DNA of 64,000 nucleotides from an uncultured Bacteroidaceae bacterium (GTDB taxonomy: Bacteria > Bacillota > Clostridia > Christensenellales > CAG-917). This document shows, piece by piece, positions 46,521 through 56,094 of this stretch. Under the pieces are notes generated by a model, which was not told the origin of the DNA, searched no databases, and was given only the letters and a program-made list of their open reading frames with translations. The first letter of the stretch is position 1. Each line of letters opens with the position of its first letter. Position numbers and translations under genes: made by a program. The stretch lies in NCBI GenBank assembly GCA_964637515.1, contig CAZWUI010000004.1:42324-106323 (forward strand), given 5' to 3'.

Positions 46521-48938
46521 ATGGCGAAACGTAAAGAAAAAGAAATCGTATATAACAGCGTAGTGTACGACGTCGTGTTTGAAGACGTCATGCACAACTC
46601 GATGATTCCGTATTCGGAAAACGTCATTCTCGACCGTGCGTTGCCCCGTGTTGAAGACGGTCTGAAACCCGTCCAACGTCGCATACTTTACGCAATGTAC
46701 GAGATGGGGATAACCCCCGATAAACCCTACAAAAAATGCGCAAGAATAGTGGGCGATTGCCTTGGTAAATATCACCCCCACGGAGATAGCTCTGTCTACG
46801 GCGCACTCGTCAGAATGGCGCAACCGTTCAACATGCGTATGAAACTCGTGGACGGACACGGAAACTTCGGCTCTGTCGACGGGGACGGGGCGGCGGCTAT
46901 GCGTTATACCGAAGCGCGTATGGCACCCCTTGCGCTCGAACTTTTGCGCGACCTTGACAAAGACACTGTTTCTTGGACTCCCAACTTCGACGACAGTCTT
47001 GAAGAACCCACCATATTGCCGGGCAGATTTCCCAATCTTCTCGTCAACGGCGCAAACGGTATTGCGGTCGGACTTGCGACGAATATTCCCACTCACAACA
47101 TGGCGGAGAGTATCGACGCAGTCGTTGCGATGATTGACAATCCGAATATCACCACCGCAGAGCTGTTGCAAGTACTCAAAGGACCGGATTTCCCGACAGG
47201 CGGATTTATCATTCCTGTGGATAGTCTTGAAAGCATATACGAAACGGGCAAGGGCAGAATTAAAATTCGCGCACGCTACCACCTCGAAGACGATGACAAC
47301 GGCAAGAAAAACGTCATCATCACCGAACTTCCGTATCAGGTCAACAAGGCGGAACTTCTCACCCGCATTGCAGACTTGAGAGAAAACAATAAAGAGCTTT
47401 TGTCGGGCATTAGCGACATAGTTGACGAAAGCGATAAGACGGGTATGAGAGCGGTCATCAAACTCAAGAAGGACGCTCCCGTCGAAAAGATACTTGCATT
47501 CTTGATGAAGAAGTCCAACCTTGAAATCGGCTACTCCGTGAACATTGTCGCAATTGCGAACGGCAAGCCTGAACAGTTGGGACTGAAAGATATTTTACGC
47601 TATTATATAGCGTATCAGCGCGAAATCATTGTGCGTAGAACCACTTACGACTTGAAAGCGGCAAAGGCAAGAGCGGAAATCGTCAAAGGTTTGCTCGTTG
47701 CAATTCGCAATATCGACGAAGTCATCGCAATCATCAAGTCGTCCGAAACCACCGCAAAAGCGAAAGCGACTCTCCGTGAGCGTTTCGATTTGAGCGACGA
47801 GCAGGCGCAAGCGATACTCGATATGCGTTTGAAAGCACTCGCAAGACTCGAAGTAGGCAAACTCGAAGAAGAGCTTGCTTCCCTTGAAAAACTCATCGCA
47901 AAACTCAGTGCAATACTGAATAGCAAAACCAAACAATACGCGGTCATCAAAGACGAAATCCTTGAAATCAAAAAGAATAATCCGTCCAAGCGTATGTCCG
48001 TCATTTTGAGTGCGGACGACGCAAACAAGGTGGAAATTCCTACCGCGGAAGAAGCGATAGCCTATCGTGAAGGCATCTTCGTCACAAACAATGCGGGACT
48101 CATCCGCTTCATGTCTCAAAAGAGTTACGCACTCGCACAAAAGGATATGTCCGCATATGGTGAAAACGAATTGCCCAAACAAGTGCTCGAAGTCAACAAC
48201 AAGGGCGACTTGTATGCATTCACAAATCTCGGCAATCTCGTCAAAGTGGACGTCACTTCACTTCCCGAAAAGAGATGGAAAGAGAAGGGCGTAACACTCG
48301 GCTCTCTCAATGCGGAAGTAGTGCCCGGAGAATATCCCGTCAAGTGTTTCTTCTTCCCGTCCACACCCGTCGGAGAGTTCATGTTCTTCACGAAACAAGG
48401 GGCGGTGAAACGCACCGACGTCAGCGAATTTGCATCCGCAAGGCCTTTCTCGTCCGCAATCATACTTGCAGAGAAAGACGTGCTTTTGAACGTCGAAATC
48501 GTGGACGACGAGAAGAACGTGCTCGAAGTCACCGAAGATGGTCAATGCCTTGTGTATAGTCCCATCGAAGTGCCCATTCAAGGCAGAAAGGCAGGGGGAG
48601 TCAAGGGCGTGAAACTCAACGACGGCGACTCCGTTGCATACGGCGGACTCATTGAAGAAGAAGGAGAAATCGTCGTTGTCACCACGACAGGTTATATGAA
48701 GAGAGTCATATCTTCCACTCTCGATCCGTCGTCGAGATACCTAAAAGGCGTGAAACTCGTCGACCTTGACAAGAGCAAAGTCAAATTCATCGACTCCGTC
48801 AAAGAACCCTATGACCTTGCTGTCGTTACGGGCGGTAGGACTCATATCGTCAACACAGAAGACGTGCGCATAGATACGAGAACAACCAAGGGCAAACAAC
48901 TGTTCAAGACTCCGATAACTTTTGTTACGAGAGTTTGA
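46521..48938 (+). CDS. Type IIA topoisomerase subunit A (GyrA/ParC family; no GyrA box seen, so probably topo IV-like ParC)
   Basis: 805 aa from ATG 46521 (GGGGAGGA RBS). [34 protein letters not shown] (catalytic Tyr). The C-terminal beta-pinwheel lacks a QRRGGKG-type box. Confidence 0.85.
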   Translation: MAKRKEKEIVYNSVVYDVVFEDVMHNSMIPYSENVILDRALPRVEDGLKPVQRRILYAMYEMGITPDKPYKKCARIVGDCLGKYHPHGDSSVYGALVRMAQPFNMRMKLVDGHGNFGSVDGDGAAAMRYTEARMAPLALELLRDLDKDTVSWTPNFDDSLEEPTILPGRFPNLLVNGANGIAVGLATNIPTHNMAESIDAVVAMIDNPNITTAELLQVLKGPDFPTGGFIIPVDSLESIYETGKGRIKIRARYHLEDDDNGKKNVIITELPYQVNKAELLTRIADLRENNKELLSGISDIVDESDKTGMRAVIKLKKDAPVEKILAFLMKKSNLEIGYSVNIVAIANGKPEQLGLKDILRYYIAYQREIIVRRTTYDLKAAKARAEIVKGLLVAIRNIDEVIAIIKSSETTAKAKATLRERFDLSDEQAQAILDMRLKALARLEVGKLEEELASLEKLIAKLSAILNSKTKQYAVIKDEILEIKKNNPSKRMSVILSADDANKVEIPTAEEAIAYREGIFVTNNAGLIRFMSQKSYALAQKDMSAYGENELPKQVLEVNNKGDLYAFTNLGNLVKVDVTSLPEKRWKEKGVTLGSLNAEVVPGEYPVKCFFFPSTPVGEFMFFTKQGAVKRTDVSEFASARPFSSAIILAEKDVLLNVEIVDDEKNVLEVTEDGQCLVYSPIEVPIQGRKAGGVKGVKLNDGDSVAYGGLIEEEGEIVVVTTTGYMKRVISSTLDPSSRYLKGVKLVDLDKSKVKFIDSVKEPYDLAVVTGGRTHIVNTEDVRIDTRTTKGKQLFKTPITFVTRV

Positions 48939-48974
48939 AACTACTGAAGAATTAAAATTTTTTGGAGATATATT

Positions 48975-50462
48975 ATGAACAAAATCGGTTTTGATCAAAA
49001 TCTCTACATGGAGAAACAGTCCGAGCACATTCTCGAACGTATCAGCCATTTCGACAAACTTTATCTTGAATTTGGCGGAAAGCTCTTCGATGACTTGCAC
49101 GCATCGAGAGTCTTGCCCGGGTTCGATAAGGCGGCGAAAATCAAACTCTTGCAAAAACTCAAGGACCAAGCGGAGCTCATCATTTGCATCAATGCAAACG
49201 ATATTGAGCGCAACAAAATCCGCGCTGATTACGGCATCACCTATGGCAGTGAAGTCGAAAGAATGATAGACAATATCTCGGCAATGGGGATATATATCAA
49301 CTGCGTAGTCATCACGATGTTCACCGATCAACAAGCGGCAAAAACCTATCAATATAAGCTCGAAAACCGCGGCATAAAGGTGTATATCCACCGTCCGACC
49401 AAGGGTTATCCCCACGAAATCGACACTATCGTTTCCGACGAAGGTTACGGCGCAAATCCGTATATCGAAACCTCTCGTCCGCTTGTCGTATGCACGGCGC
49501 CCGGTCCCGGTAGCGGTAAACTTGCGACTTGCCTTAGCCAACTCTACCACGAGTACAAGAGAGGTATCAAAGCAGGGTATGCGAAGTTTGAAACCTTCCC
49601 CATTTGGAATATACCCCTCAATCATCCCGTCAACGTTGCTTACGAGGCGGCGACTGCGGATCTCAAGGACGTCAACAAAATCGACAACTTCCACCTTGAA
49701 GCCTACGGCAAAATCGCAGTCAACTACAACCGCGATATAGAAGTTTTCCCTGTCGTCAGAAGCATTCTTGCAAAGATTACCGGGGACGATTTCATCTATC
49801 AATCCCCGACGGATATGGGCGTCAATATGGCGGGGTATTGCATAACCGACGACGAAGCGTGTTGCAATGCGTCGAAACAAGAAGTCATCCGTCGCTACTA
49901 CAAGGCGAAATGCGACTACAAAAACGGCACCGCAAAACCCAGCACCATTGAAAGACTTGAATTTTTGATGTCAAGACTCGAAATCACGATAGCGGATAGA
50001 AAAGTCGTTGCACCCGCACTCGCAAAGAACGAAGAAAACGAGAATAAAGGTGCGGTCGCAATCGAACTTCCCGACGGCAAAATCATTACGGGCAGGACGT
50101 CTGAACTTATGTCTGCATCCGCGGCGGCGGTGTTCAACGCAGTCAAGGAACTTGCAGGCATAGACGACCAAAAGAAACTCATCTCTCCCGTCGTCATCGG
50201 ACCTATCCTTGACCTGAAAACCAAAATATTGCACGAAAAACACACTCCGCTTTCCCTTGAAGAAGCGTTGCTTGCACTCTCTGTATGCGCGGCGTCCGAC
50301 GTGACGGCGGCAAGAGCGGTCGAACAACTCAAACGCCTTGAAAATTGTGAAGCGCATTCATCGCATATGCTCTTCAAAGCGGATGAAAATCCTTTCCGTA
50401 AACTCGGCATTTATCTCACTTGCGAACCCGAATTTGCGGACAACAATCTATTCAACAACTGA
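48975..50462 (+). CDS. DUF1846/UPF0371 family protein
   Basis: 495 aa. N-terminus FDQNLYMEKQSEHILERISHFDKLYLEFGGKLFDDLHASRVLPGF is characteristic of UPF0371. Confidence 0.75.
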   Translation: MNKIGFDQNLYMEKQSEHILERISHFDKLYLEFGGKLFDDLHASRVLPGFDKAAKIKLLQKLKDQAELIICINANDIERNKIRADYGITYGSEVERMIDNISAMGIYINCVVITMFTDQQAAKTYQYKLENRGIKVYIHRPTKGYPHEIDTIVSDEGYGANPYIETSRPLVVCTAPGPGSGKLATCLSQLYHEYKRGIKAGYAKFETFPIWNIPLNHPVNVAYEAATADLKDVNKIDNFHLEAYGKIAVNYNRDIEVFPVVRSILAKITGDDFIYQSPTDMGVNMAGYCITDDEACCNASKQEVIRRYYKAKCDYKNGTAKPSTIERLEFLMSRLEITIADRKVVAPALAKNEENENKGAVAIELPDGKIITGRTSELMSASAAAVFNAVKELAGIDDQKKLISPVVIGPILDLKTKILHEKHTPLSLEEALLALSVCAASDVTAARAVEQLKRLENCEAHSSHMLFKADENPFRKLGIYLTCEPEFADNNLFNN

Positions 50463-50470
50463 GGTGAATT

Positions 50471-52249
50471 ATGGATATAAAACAACGCAGTGAAATCCCT
50501 TCGGAATTTAAGTGGAGAATCACGGATATTTTCCCCGACAACGAGAGTTGGGAAGAGAGTTTTTTCGCAACCGAAGAAATGCTCCCCAAACTTGCCGAAT
50601 ACAACGGTAAACTCAACAACGACGACGATATTTACGAATGTTTGACTCTATCGAGCCGTCTTTCGCATAACCTGTCAAGACTCTATCAATATGCTAGACT
50701 CCGTCGCGACGAAGATTCGAGAGAAGGGCTTTATCAGGGCATGACGGACAGGGCGGAAAATCTCACCGTCAGATACGGCGCACTCGGCGCATATATCTCT
50801 CCCGAACTCACAGAACTCCCGGTTGAAGAACTCAAAAGACTCGGTGCGAGCAAGCGTTTTTCGGATTACTCCGTTATGTTTGACGAACTCATCAGGGATA
50901 AGAACATCATCCTTTCTAAAAACGAAGAAAGAATTTTGAGCGAAATGGGAGCCTTTGCCGACAACAACGAAGAAGTTTTCACCATGTTCGATTGCGCAGA
51001 CGTCAAGTTTGCTCCCGTCGAACTCGTTGACGGCACCAAGGTCGAAATGAGCCACGGCAACTACGGTCTTCTCATGCTCGACGGCGAACAAGAAAACAGA
51101 AAACGAGCGTTTGAAAGTATGTTCGGCGCATACCGCGACTACGTGAACACCCTTGCGACCAACTATGCAGGCAACGTCAAAAAGGACTGGTTCTTTGCGA
51201 AAATCCGCGGATTCAAGTCCTCTCTCGACTACGCTATGTACTGTGAAGACGTTCCGTCAACCTGCTATCAAAAACTTCTCGAAGCAGTTGACGGCGGTCT
51301 GAAACCTTTGCACCGCTACGTTGCACTTCGTCGTCGCGCTCTCGGTATCGATCTCAATATGTATGACTTGCAAACTCCTATCGTCAAGGAACAAACTTTG
51401 TCCCTTGAATATAAGGACGCAGTCGCTCTTGTCAAAGATGCACTCAAAGTTATGGGCAAAGAGTATTCCGATATTCTTGCATCCGCATTCGACAACGGTT
51501 GGGTGGACGTCTACGAAAACAAGGGCAAGAAGAGCGGTGCATATAGTTGGGGTTGCTACGGCGTGCATCCGTTCGTTCTTCTCAACTACACTCCCACCAC
51601 TCTCAACGTTTTCACGATTGCGCACGAGTTGGGACACTCCTTGCACTCCTACTATTCGGACGCAAATCAACCCGAAGAAAAGGCGGGATACAAGATTTTC
51701 GTTGCGGAAATCGCATCGACGGTCAACGAAGTCCTTCTTCTCAAACACCTTCTCAAAACCGCAACGGGTGATTTCAGAAAATATCTGTTGTCCTATTATC
51801 TTGATATGTTCCGCACGACTTTCTTCAGACAGACTATGTTCTCTGAATTTGAAGTCATAGCGCATAATACGGCAGAGAAGGGCGAACCGCTCACCGCGGA
51901 AGTGTTGTCCGACGCTTACTACGAACTCAACAAGAAATATTACGGCACCGCAGTCAATCACAACGATTTGATTCGCTATGAATGGGCGAGAATACCGCAC
52001 TTCTATTCGAGTTTCTACGTCTACAAGTATGCGACGGGAATCACTGCGGCAGTTACGATTGCGGACAACATTCTCACCTATGGTGAAAAATATTTCGAGA
52101 AGTATCGCAAATTCTTGTCTTCGGGCGGAAGTATGCCCCCGCTTGACGAACTGCGCCTTGCGGACGTCGACCTTGAAAGCGACGCTCCTTACGTAAAAGC
52201 CGTTTCCGAATTTTCGGCAACTCTCGATGAACTTGAAAAACTCATTTAG
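50471..52249 (+). CDS. pepF: Oligoendopeptidase F (M3B)
   Basis: 592 aa. HELGHSLH zinc motif in the typical PepF context. Confidence 0.9.
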   Translation: MDIKQRSEIPSEFKWRITDIFPDNESWEESFFATEEMLPKLAEYNGKLNNDDDIYECLTLSSRLSHNLSRLYQYARLRRDEDSREGLYQGMTDRAENLTVRYGALGAYISPELTELPVEELKRLGASKRFSDYSVMFDELIRDKNIILSKNEERILSEMGAFADNNEEVFTMFDCADVKFAPVELVDGTKVEMSHGNYGLLMLDGEQENRKRAFESMFGAYRDYVNTLATNYAGNVKKDWFFAKIRGFKSSLDYAMYCEDVPSTCYQKLLEAVDGGLKPLHRYVALRRRALGIDLNMYDLQTPIVKEQTLSLEYKDAVALVKDALKVMGKEYSDILASAFDNGWVDVYENKGKKSGAYSWGCYGVHPFVLLNYTPTTLNVFTIAHELGHSLHSYYSDANQPEEKAGYKIFVAEIASTVNEVLLLKHLLKTATGDFRKYLLSYYLDMFRTTFFRQTMFSEFEVIAHNTAEKGEPLTAEVLSDAYYELNKKYYGTAVNHNDLIRYEWARIPHFYSSFYVYKYATGITAAVTIADNILTYGEKYFEKYRKFLSSGGSMPPLDELRLADVDLESDAPYVKAVSEFSATLDELEKLI

Positions 52250-52847
52250 AATAACGGTTTTATTTGTTTTGATATTGACTTGTCTGTTCTCGTTGTCCGC
52301 TTGCGACGATGTTGAACAGACGAGCGAATACGGATATTTTCTTGCGGTTGAGAGCGTGAGCGAAAAGGACGGAGAAGTCCAAGTGAAACTCATTCTGTCA
52401 ACTGCTGAAAACAACAATACGCTTGATATGGTCAAGGCAAATTGTTTCGTAGCGGTTGAGCGGGACGGATTTTTCTACGATAAGGCGGAATACGTCTTTC
52501 GTCTTGACGGCGAGTCGATATTTAGTGCAACGGAAGATTTCCTTGCCCTATATGGCACGAACTATGCTGTCGAAGATTTTTCAAGTTTGAAAATAGTCTT
52601 CGACTATGTTACAATCTATAAATCCACGAAAAGCGACGGAGTCAGGTCGGAAGCGGGGAAGAAGTACGTTCATTCCTTTGAAATCGAAAATACGGATAAC
52701 GTATTCGTCCTTGACAGGCGGATTGCTCATTCGTCGGCGTGGTACGGCGTTGCGATCATAGCGACCGTGTGTGCGGTCGGTGCAGTGATTGCGGTTGCCG
52801 TGATCAAAAGAGGTAAGTATGGCAGAAAAAACGAAGAAAGAAACTAG
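52227..52847 (+). CDS. Putative lipoprotein with additional C-terminal TM anchor, unknown function
   Basis: 206 aa. VLFVLILTCLFSLSAC lipobox and C-terminal WYGVAIIATVCAVGAVIAVAVI followed by a KRGKYGRK tail. Overlaps the pepF end and the dnaB start. Confidence 0.6.
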   Translation: MNLKNSFRITVLFVLILTCLFSLSACDDVEQTSEYGYFLAVESVSEKDGEVQVKLILSTAENNNTLDMVKANCFVAVERDGFFYDKAEYVFRLDGESIFSATEDFLALYGTNYAVEDFSSLKIVFDYVTIYKSTKSDGVRSEAGKKYVHSFEIENTDNVFVLDRRIAHSSAWYGVAIIATVCAVGAVIAVAVIKRGKYGRKNEERN

Positions 52848-54351
52848 AAAACCCATTCGCACTATGCCCAACAATATCGAGGCGGAAGAGTGCGTTTTGG
52901 GCGCAATGCTCATTGACGACAAAGCCGCAGATACGGTCATTCCGCTCTTGCACGCGGACGACTTTTACGTGCCTGCAAACCGCATTGTCTTTGCGGTCAT
53001 GCGTGAGTTGCAAGAAAATTCCAAGCCTATCGACACGGTGTCCGTTGCGGACAAACTCGAAAAGGACGGAAAACTTGACGAAGTCGGTTCAATCGCATAT
53101 CTAAGTTCTCTTGCGGAAAAACTGCCTAGCGCCGCAAACGCAACCTATTATGCGGAACTCATAAAGAGAGATTCCCTTTCTCGTAAAGTCATCAACGCAG
53201 GCAATGAAATCGTCGAATTTGCCTATGACAGCGGAGAAGGTGCGGCATCCCTTGCAAAAGCGGAACAACTCGTTTTCAGAATTTCAGAAGAAGAAAGCGA
53301 CAAGGCGTTGGTGCATGCAAAAGACGCACTCACCGTTGCACTTCAAAACATTATGGACGCACAGTCGGGCAACACTCCCAACGAGTACGTTTTCACGGGA
53401 TTTAAGCGTTTCGACACCATGACCAAAGGTTTGAAACCCGGTGAGTTTATCATTCTTGCCGCTCGTCCTTCGGTCGGCAAAACCGCTCTCGCTCTCAATA
53501 TTGCGACAAACGTCGTCATGGCGGGCAAAACGGTTGCGGTCTTCAATATGGAAATGACGGCGGAATCCCTTGTCAAACGTATGCTTGCCTACTTGTCGGG
53601 AGTCACTTTCGACAGTATGGACGTGAGAGGTCAACTCTCGGATTCCGACAGCGGTAGACTCCTTAACGCTTACAACAAACTCCTTGCATCCAATCTCTAT
53701 ATCGATGATTATTCTATGAATCATCCGTCGGATATTTTGTCGAAATGCCGTCGTCTCAAACGCGAACACGGACTCGACCTTGTCATCGTTGACTATCTGC
53801 AACTTATGGAGGCGGAGGCGAAGGGTAGAGCGTCGGAGTCAAGACAAAACGACGTCAGCATGATGTCCCGTCAACTCAAAGTCTACGCAAAAGAACTCGG
53901 CGTGCCTATCATCGCATTGTCACAAATGTCTCGTGGCGTTGAAAAAGAGGGCGGTAGATTGCCGCAACTCAGCGACTTGCGTGACTCGGGCGCAATCGAA
54001 CAAGACGCGGACGTCGTCGTATTCTTGCACGATCCGTCAAAGGCGGACGAAAACCTTCCCAAAGACGAAATCACCCTTCTCGTCAGAAAGAACAGAAGCG
54101 GTGCGATAGGGGAAATCAAACTCAACTGGCGCGGTGAAACCACAACTTTCCGCGAAATGACGCAGGACGGTACGGTGATTGTCCCCGACGACGCACCCGC
54201 ACCCGCGGACAACGATTCGGGCAGAGCACCCGCAGTCATCGAAAATGCAGATATGCCGTTTGACACTCCCACCGCAGAGCCTGTTGACGATGACGACGAA
54301 GAATATGTTGACGAAATGACCGAAGTCGAAAGCGAAGACCTGCCTTTCTAA
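52819..54351 (+). CDS. dnaB: Replicative DNA helicase with about 60-aa acidic C-terminal extension
   Basis: 510 aa. PNNIEAEECVLGAMLID, Walker A ARPSVGKTA, VIVDYLQLM, SQMSRGVEKEG, RDSGAIEQDADVV. The tail ends ...EVESEDLPF. Confidence 0.95.
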   Translation: MAEKTKKETRKPIRTMPNNIEAEECVLGAMLIDDKAADTVIPLLHADDFYVPANRIVFAVMRELQENSKPIDTVSVADKLEKDGKLDEVGSIAYLSSLAEKLPSAANATYYAELIKRDSLSRKVINAGNEIVEFAYDSGEGAASLAKAEQLVFRISEEESDKALVHAKDALTVALQNIMDAQSGNTPNEYVFTGFKRFDTMTKGLKPGEFIILAARPSVGKTALALNIATNVVMAGKTVAVFNMEMTAESLVKRMLAYLSGVTFDSMDVRGQLSDSDSGRLLNAYNKLLASNLYIDDYSMNHPSDILSKCRRLKREHGLDLVIVDYLQLMEAEAKGRASESRQNDVSMMSRQLKVYAKELGVPIIALSQMSRGVEKEGGRLPQLSDLRDSGAIEQDADVVVFLHDPSKADENLPKDEITLLVRKNRSGAIGEIKLNWRGETTTFREMTQDGTVIVPDDAPAPADNDSGRAPAVIENADMPFDTPTAEPVDDDDEEYVDEMTEVESEDLPF

Positions 54352-54386
54352 AAAAACTTATGCCCCCGAAATCGGGGGCTTTTTTC
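54351..54386 (+). terminator. Rho-independent terminator after dnaB
   Basis: A-run, stem gcccccga / tcgggggc, 2-nt loop, run of 6 T. Confidence 0.85.
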
Positions 54387-54550
54387 TGCCTTTTTACAAG
54401 AAATACTAATATTTTTATTACTAAGTTTGATTTGATTTTGAGTGCAATTTTTTTGTTTGATTTCACAATAATCTCTGTCTTTGCAACTGTTTTTAGCAAT
54501 AATTCTTTCGCACATATAACTGTTTTTCGATAACAATTTTCAAGTGTTTT

Positions 54551-54579
54551 GCATACTTGAAAAACCTTTTTCATACACT
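54551..54579 (+). promoter_or_regulatory. Candidate SigE-type sporulation promoter of yqfC
   Basis: GCATACT (54551-54557), 14 nt, CATACACT (54572-54579). This fits the B. subtilis SigE pattern xHATAxx-14-CATACAhT as I recall it. Confidence 0.4.
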
Positions 54580-54584
54580 CGAAT

Positions 54585-54839
54585 ATGTTCATTGACGAAG
54601 TGAAAAGAAAATTCGATTTGGATGACGTAATTTGCGGGTTTTCGCTTGCGGTTTTCGGGGATGAATGCGTGTTGATTGAGGGCGTTAGAAGTCTTGTTTT
54701 CGTGGGTTCTGACGAGATAAAAGTCAAAGTAAAAAAACAAGTTTTGTCCATTGCGGGCGAAGGGCTGTCAACCGTCGAAATCGGGGGCGGAAATCTCTAC
54801 GTCAAAGGGAAGATTTATGGCGTTTCGTTTGAAAAGTAA
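54585..54839 (+). CDS. yqfC: Sporulation protein YqfC (YabP/YqfC family)
   Basis: 84 aa. Beta-rich YabP-like sequence (LIEGVRSLVFVGSDEIKVKVKKQVLSIAGEGL). Lies directly upstream of yqfD-phoH as in Bacillus. Confidence 0.75.
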   Translation: MFIDEVKRKFDLDDVICGFSLAVFGDECVLIEGVRSLVFVGSDEIKVKVKKQVLSIAGEGLSTVEIGGGNLYVKGKIYGVSFEK

Positions 54840-56094
54840 TTCTCAAAATTCGAGAGCAAAAAATGAAAAGAAAACAGCCGATGAAAAGCGGAATGATTCC
54901 GCCTGTAAAAGCGCAGTGAAAAATCTCGGTTGTTTTTCAAAGTCTGGAAATGAAAAAGACAGTGTTAGTTCGCCTGAAAAACGGGAAAACACCACGTTGA
55001 AACCGAGAAAAATTCCGCCGTTTTCAAGGGTGAAATTTTCGGTTGAAACCGCGACTCCGACAAACCTTGTGAACAAGTTGTCCGCCACGTCCGTTTTGCA
55101 CGCTCCGACCGTCGCGGGCGGAAAACTTATGTTTTCCGTGCCGTCAAAAGACTGCGCCAAGATTATTGCATTGTTGGACGAGTTGTGCTATAATTACAAA
55201 ATAATGGCGATAAACGGCGTTTTCGCATACGCTTTTTCGCTGTTGAAACGACTGGGAATAATCGTAGGCATAGTGTTATCTGTTGCAGTATTCGTGATTT
55301 ATTCCTTTTTCGTCGTCGAGATTGACGGAGATTTTTCTCCCGAAGTCGAGAATGTGCTATCTTCTCACGGCATAGCGGAAGGGAAATTCGTCCCTGCGCT
55401 TGACTGCGAAAAGATAGGGCGGGAAATACGCTCCCTTGACGGCGTGTCGTTTGCATCGGTAGAGCGTATTGGCACGCGCGTGCGTGTTCACGTGCGCTAC
55501 GAGCAGGATGAAAAACCTTTCGTGCAATACGGCGGAGAAGTCAAATCCGTTTGCGACTCGGTGGTCACGCGGATAGTCGTTTTCGGCGGTACGTGCGAAG
55601 TGGAAGTCGGACAAACCGTGAAAAGCGGGGACGTACTCATCGGCGGATATTATCTTGTGGGTGACGAAAAAGTGCCGACGACCGCTAGCGGTGAGGTCTA
55701 CGGACGAAAAACCACGACGAAAACTCGGTTTTTTGCAGATACTTATATTGTGAGCGTGAAAGGGAAAGTGAGGTCGTGCGTGCGGTTGAGCGTTTTCGGG
55801 AAGAAACCCAAAGCCCCAAAGTCACCGTATGAAAACTACGAATTGCGCTACGACGAGAGAAAAAACGACTTTTTGTTGCCGTACACGGTTTGCAGGTGGA
55901 CTTTCACCGAAATCGTGCAGTCTGAAAAGTCAAACAATCTCACCGAAAAGAAAATGAAAGACTTGACTTACTCGTCCGTTATCGAAAACTTGGCGGACGT
56001 GAAAGTGCTGTCAAGAGACGACGAAATTCAAAGAACGGACGGCGGGTATATCGTCAAGACCACCGTCGTCACGGAGGAAAGAATAGACAAATGA
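54817..56094 (+). CDS. yqfD: Sporulation protein YqfD (stage IV), with unusual N-terminal extension; start uncertain
   Basis: The YqfD-like part runs from about FSRVKFSVETATPTNLVNKL through a central TM (IIVGIVLSVAVFVIYSFFVV) to the C-terminus. The first in-frame ATG after the yqfC region is 54817. The track start 54751 lies inside yqfC. Confidence 0.75.
   Translation: MAFRLKSNSQNSRAKNEKKTADEKRNDSACKSAVKNLGCFSKSGNEKDSVSSPEKRENTTLKPRKIPPFSRVKFSVETATPTNLVNKLSATSVLHAPTVAGGKLMFSVPSKDCAKIIALLDELCYNYKIMAINGVFAYAFSLLKRLGIIVGIVLSVAVFVIYSFFVVEIDGDFSPEVENVLSSHGIAEGKFVPALDCEKIGREIRSLDGVSFASVERIGTRVRVHVRYEQDEKPFVQYGGEVKSVCDSVVTRIVVFGGTCEVEVGQTVKSGDVLIGGYYLVGDEKVPTTASGEVYGRKTTTKTRFFADTYIVSVKGKVRSCVRLSVFGKKPKAPKSPYENYELRYDERKNDFLLPYTVCRWTFTEIVQSEKSNNLTEKKMKDLTYSSVIENLADVKVLSRDDEIQRTDGGYIVKTTVVTEERIDK

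Noticed and set aside
48579-48608. [10 protein letters not shown] in the topoisomerase A subunit, considered as a GyrA box
   Set aside because: It lies in a late blade of the C-terminal domain rather than the first. It also matches the generic blade motif GR.A.GV.G rather than QRRGGKG.
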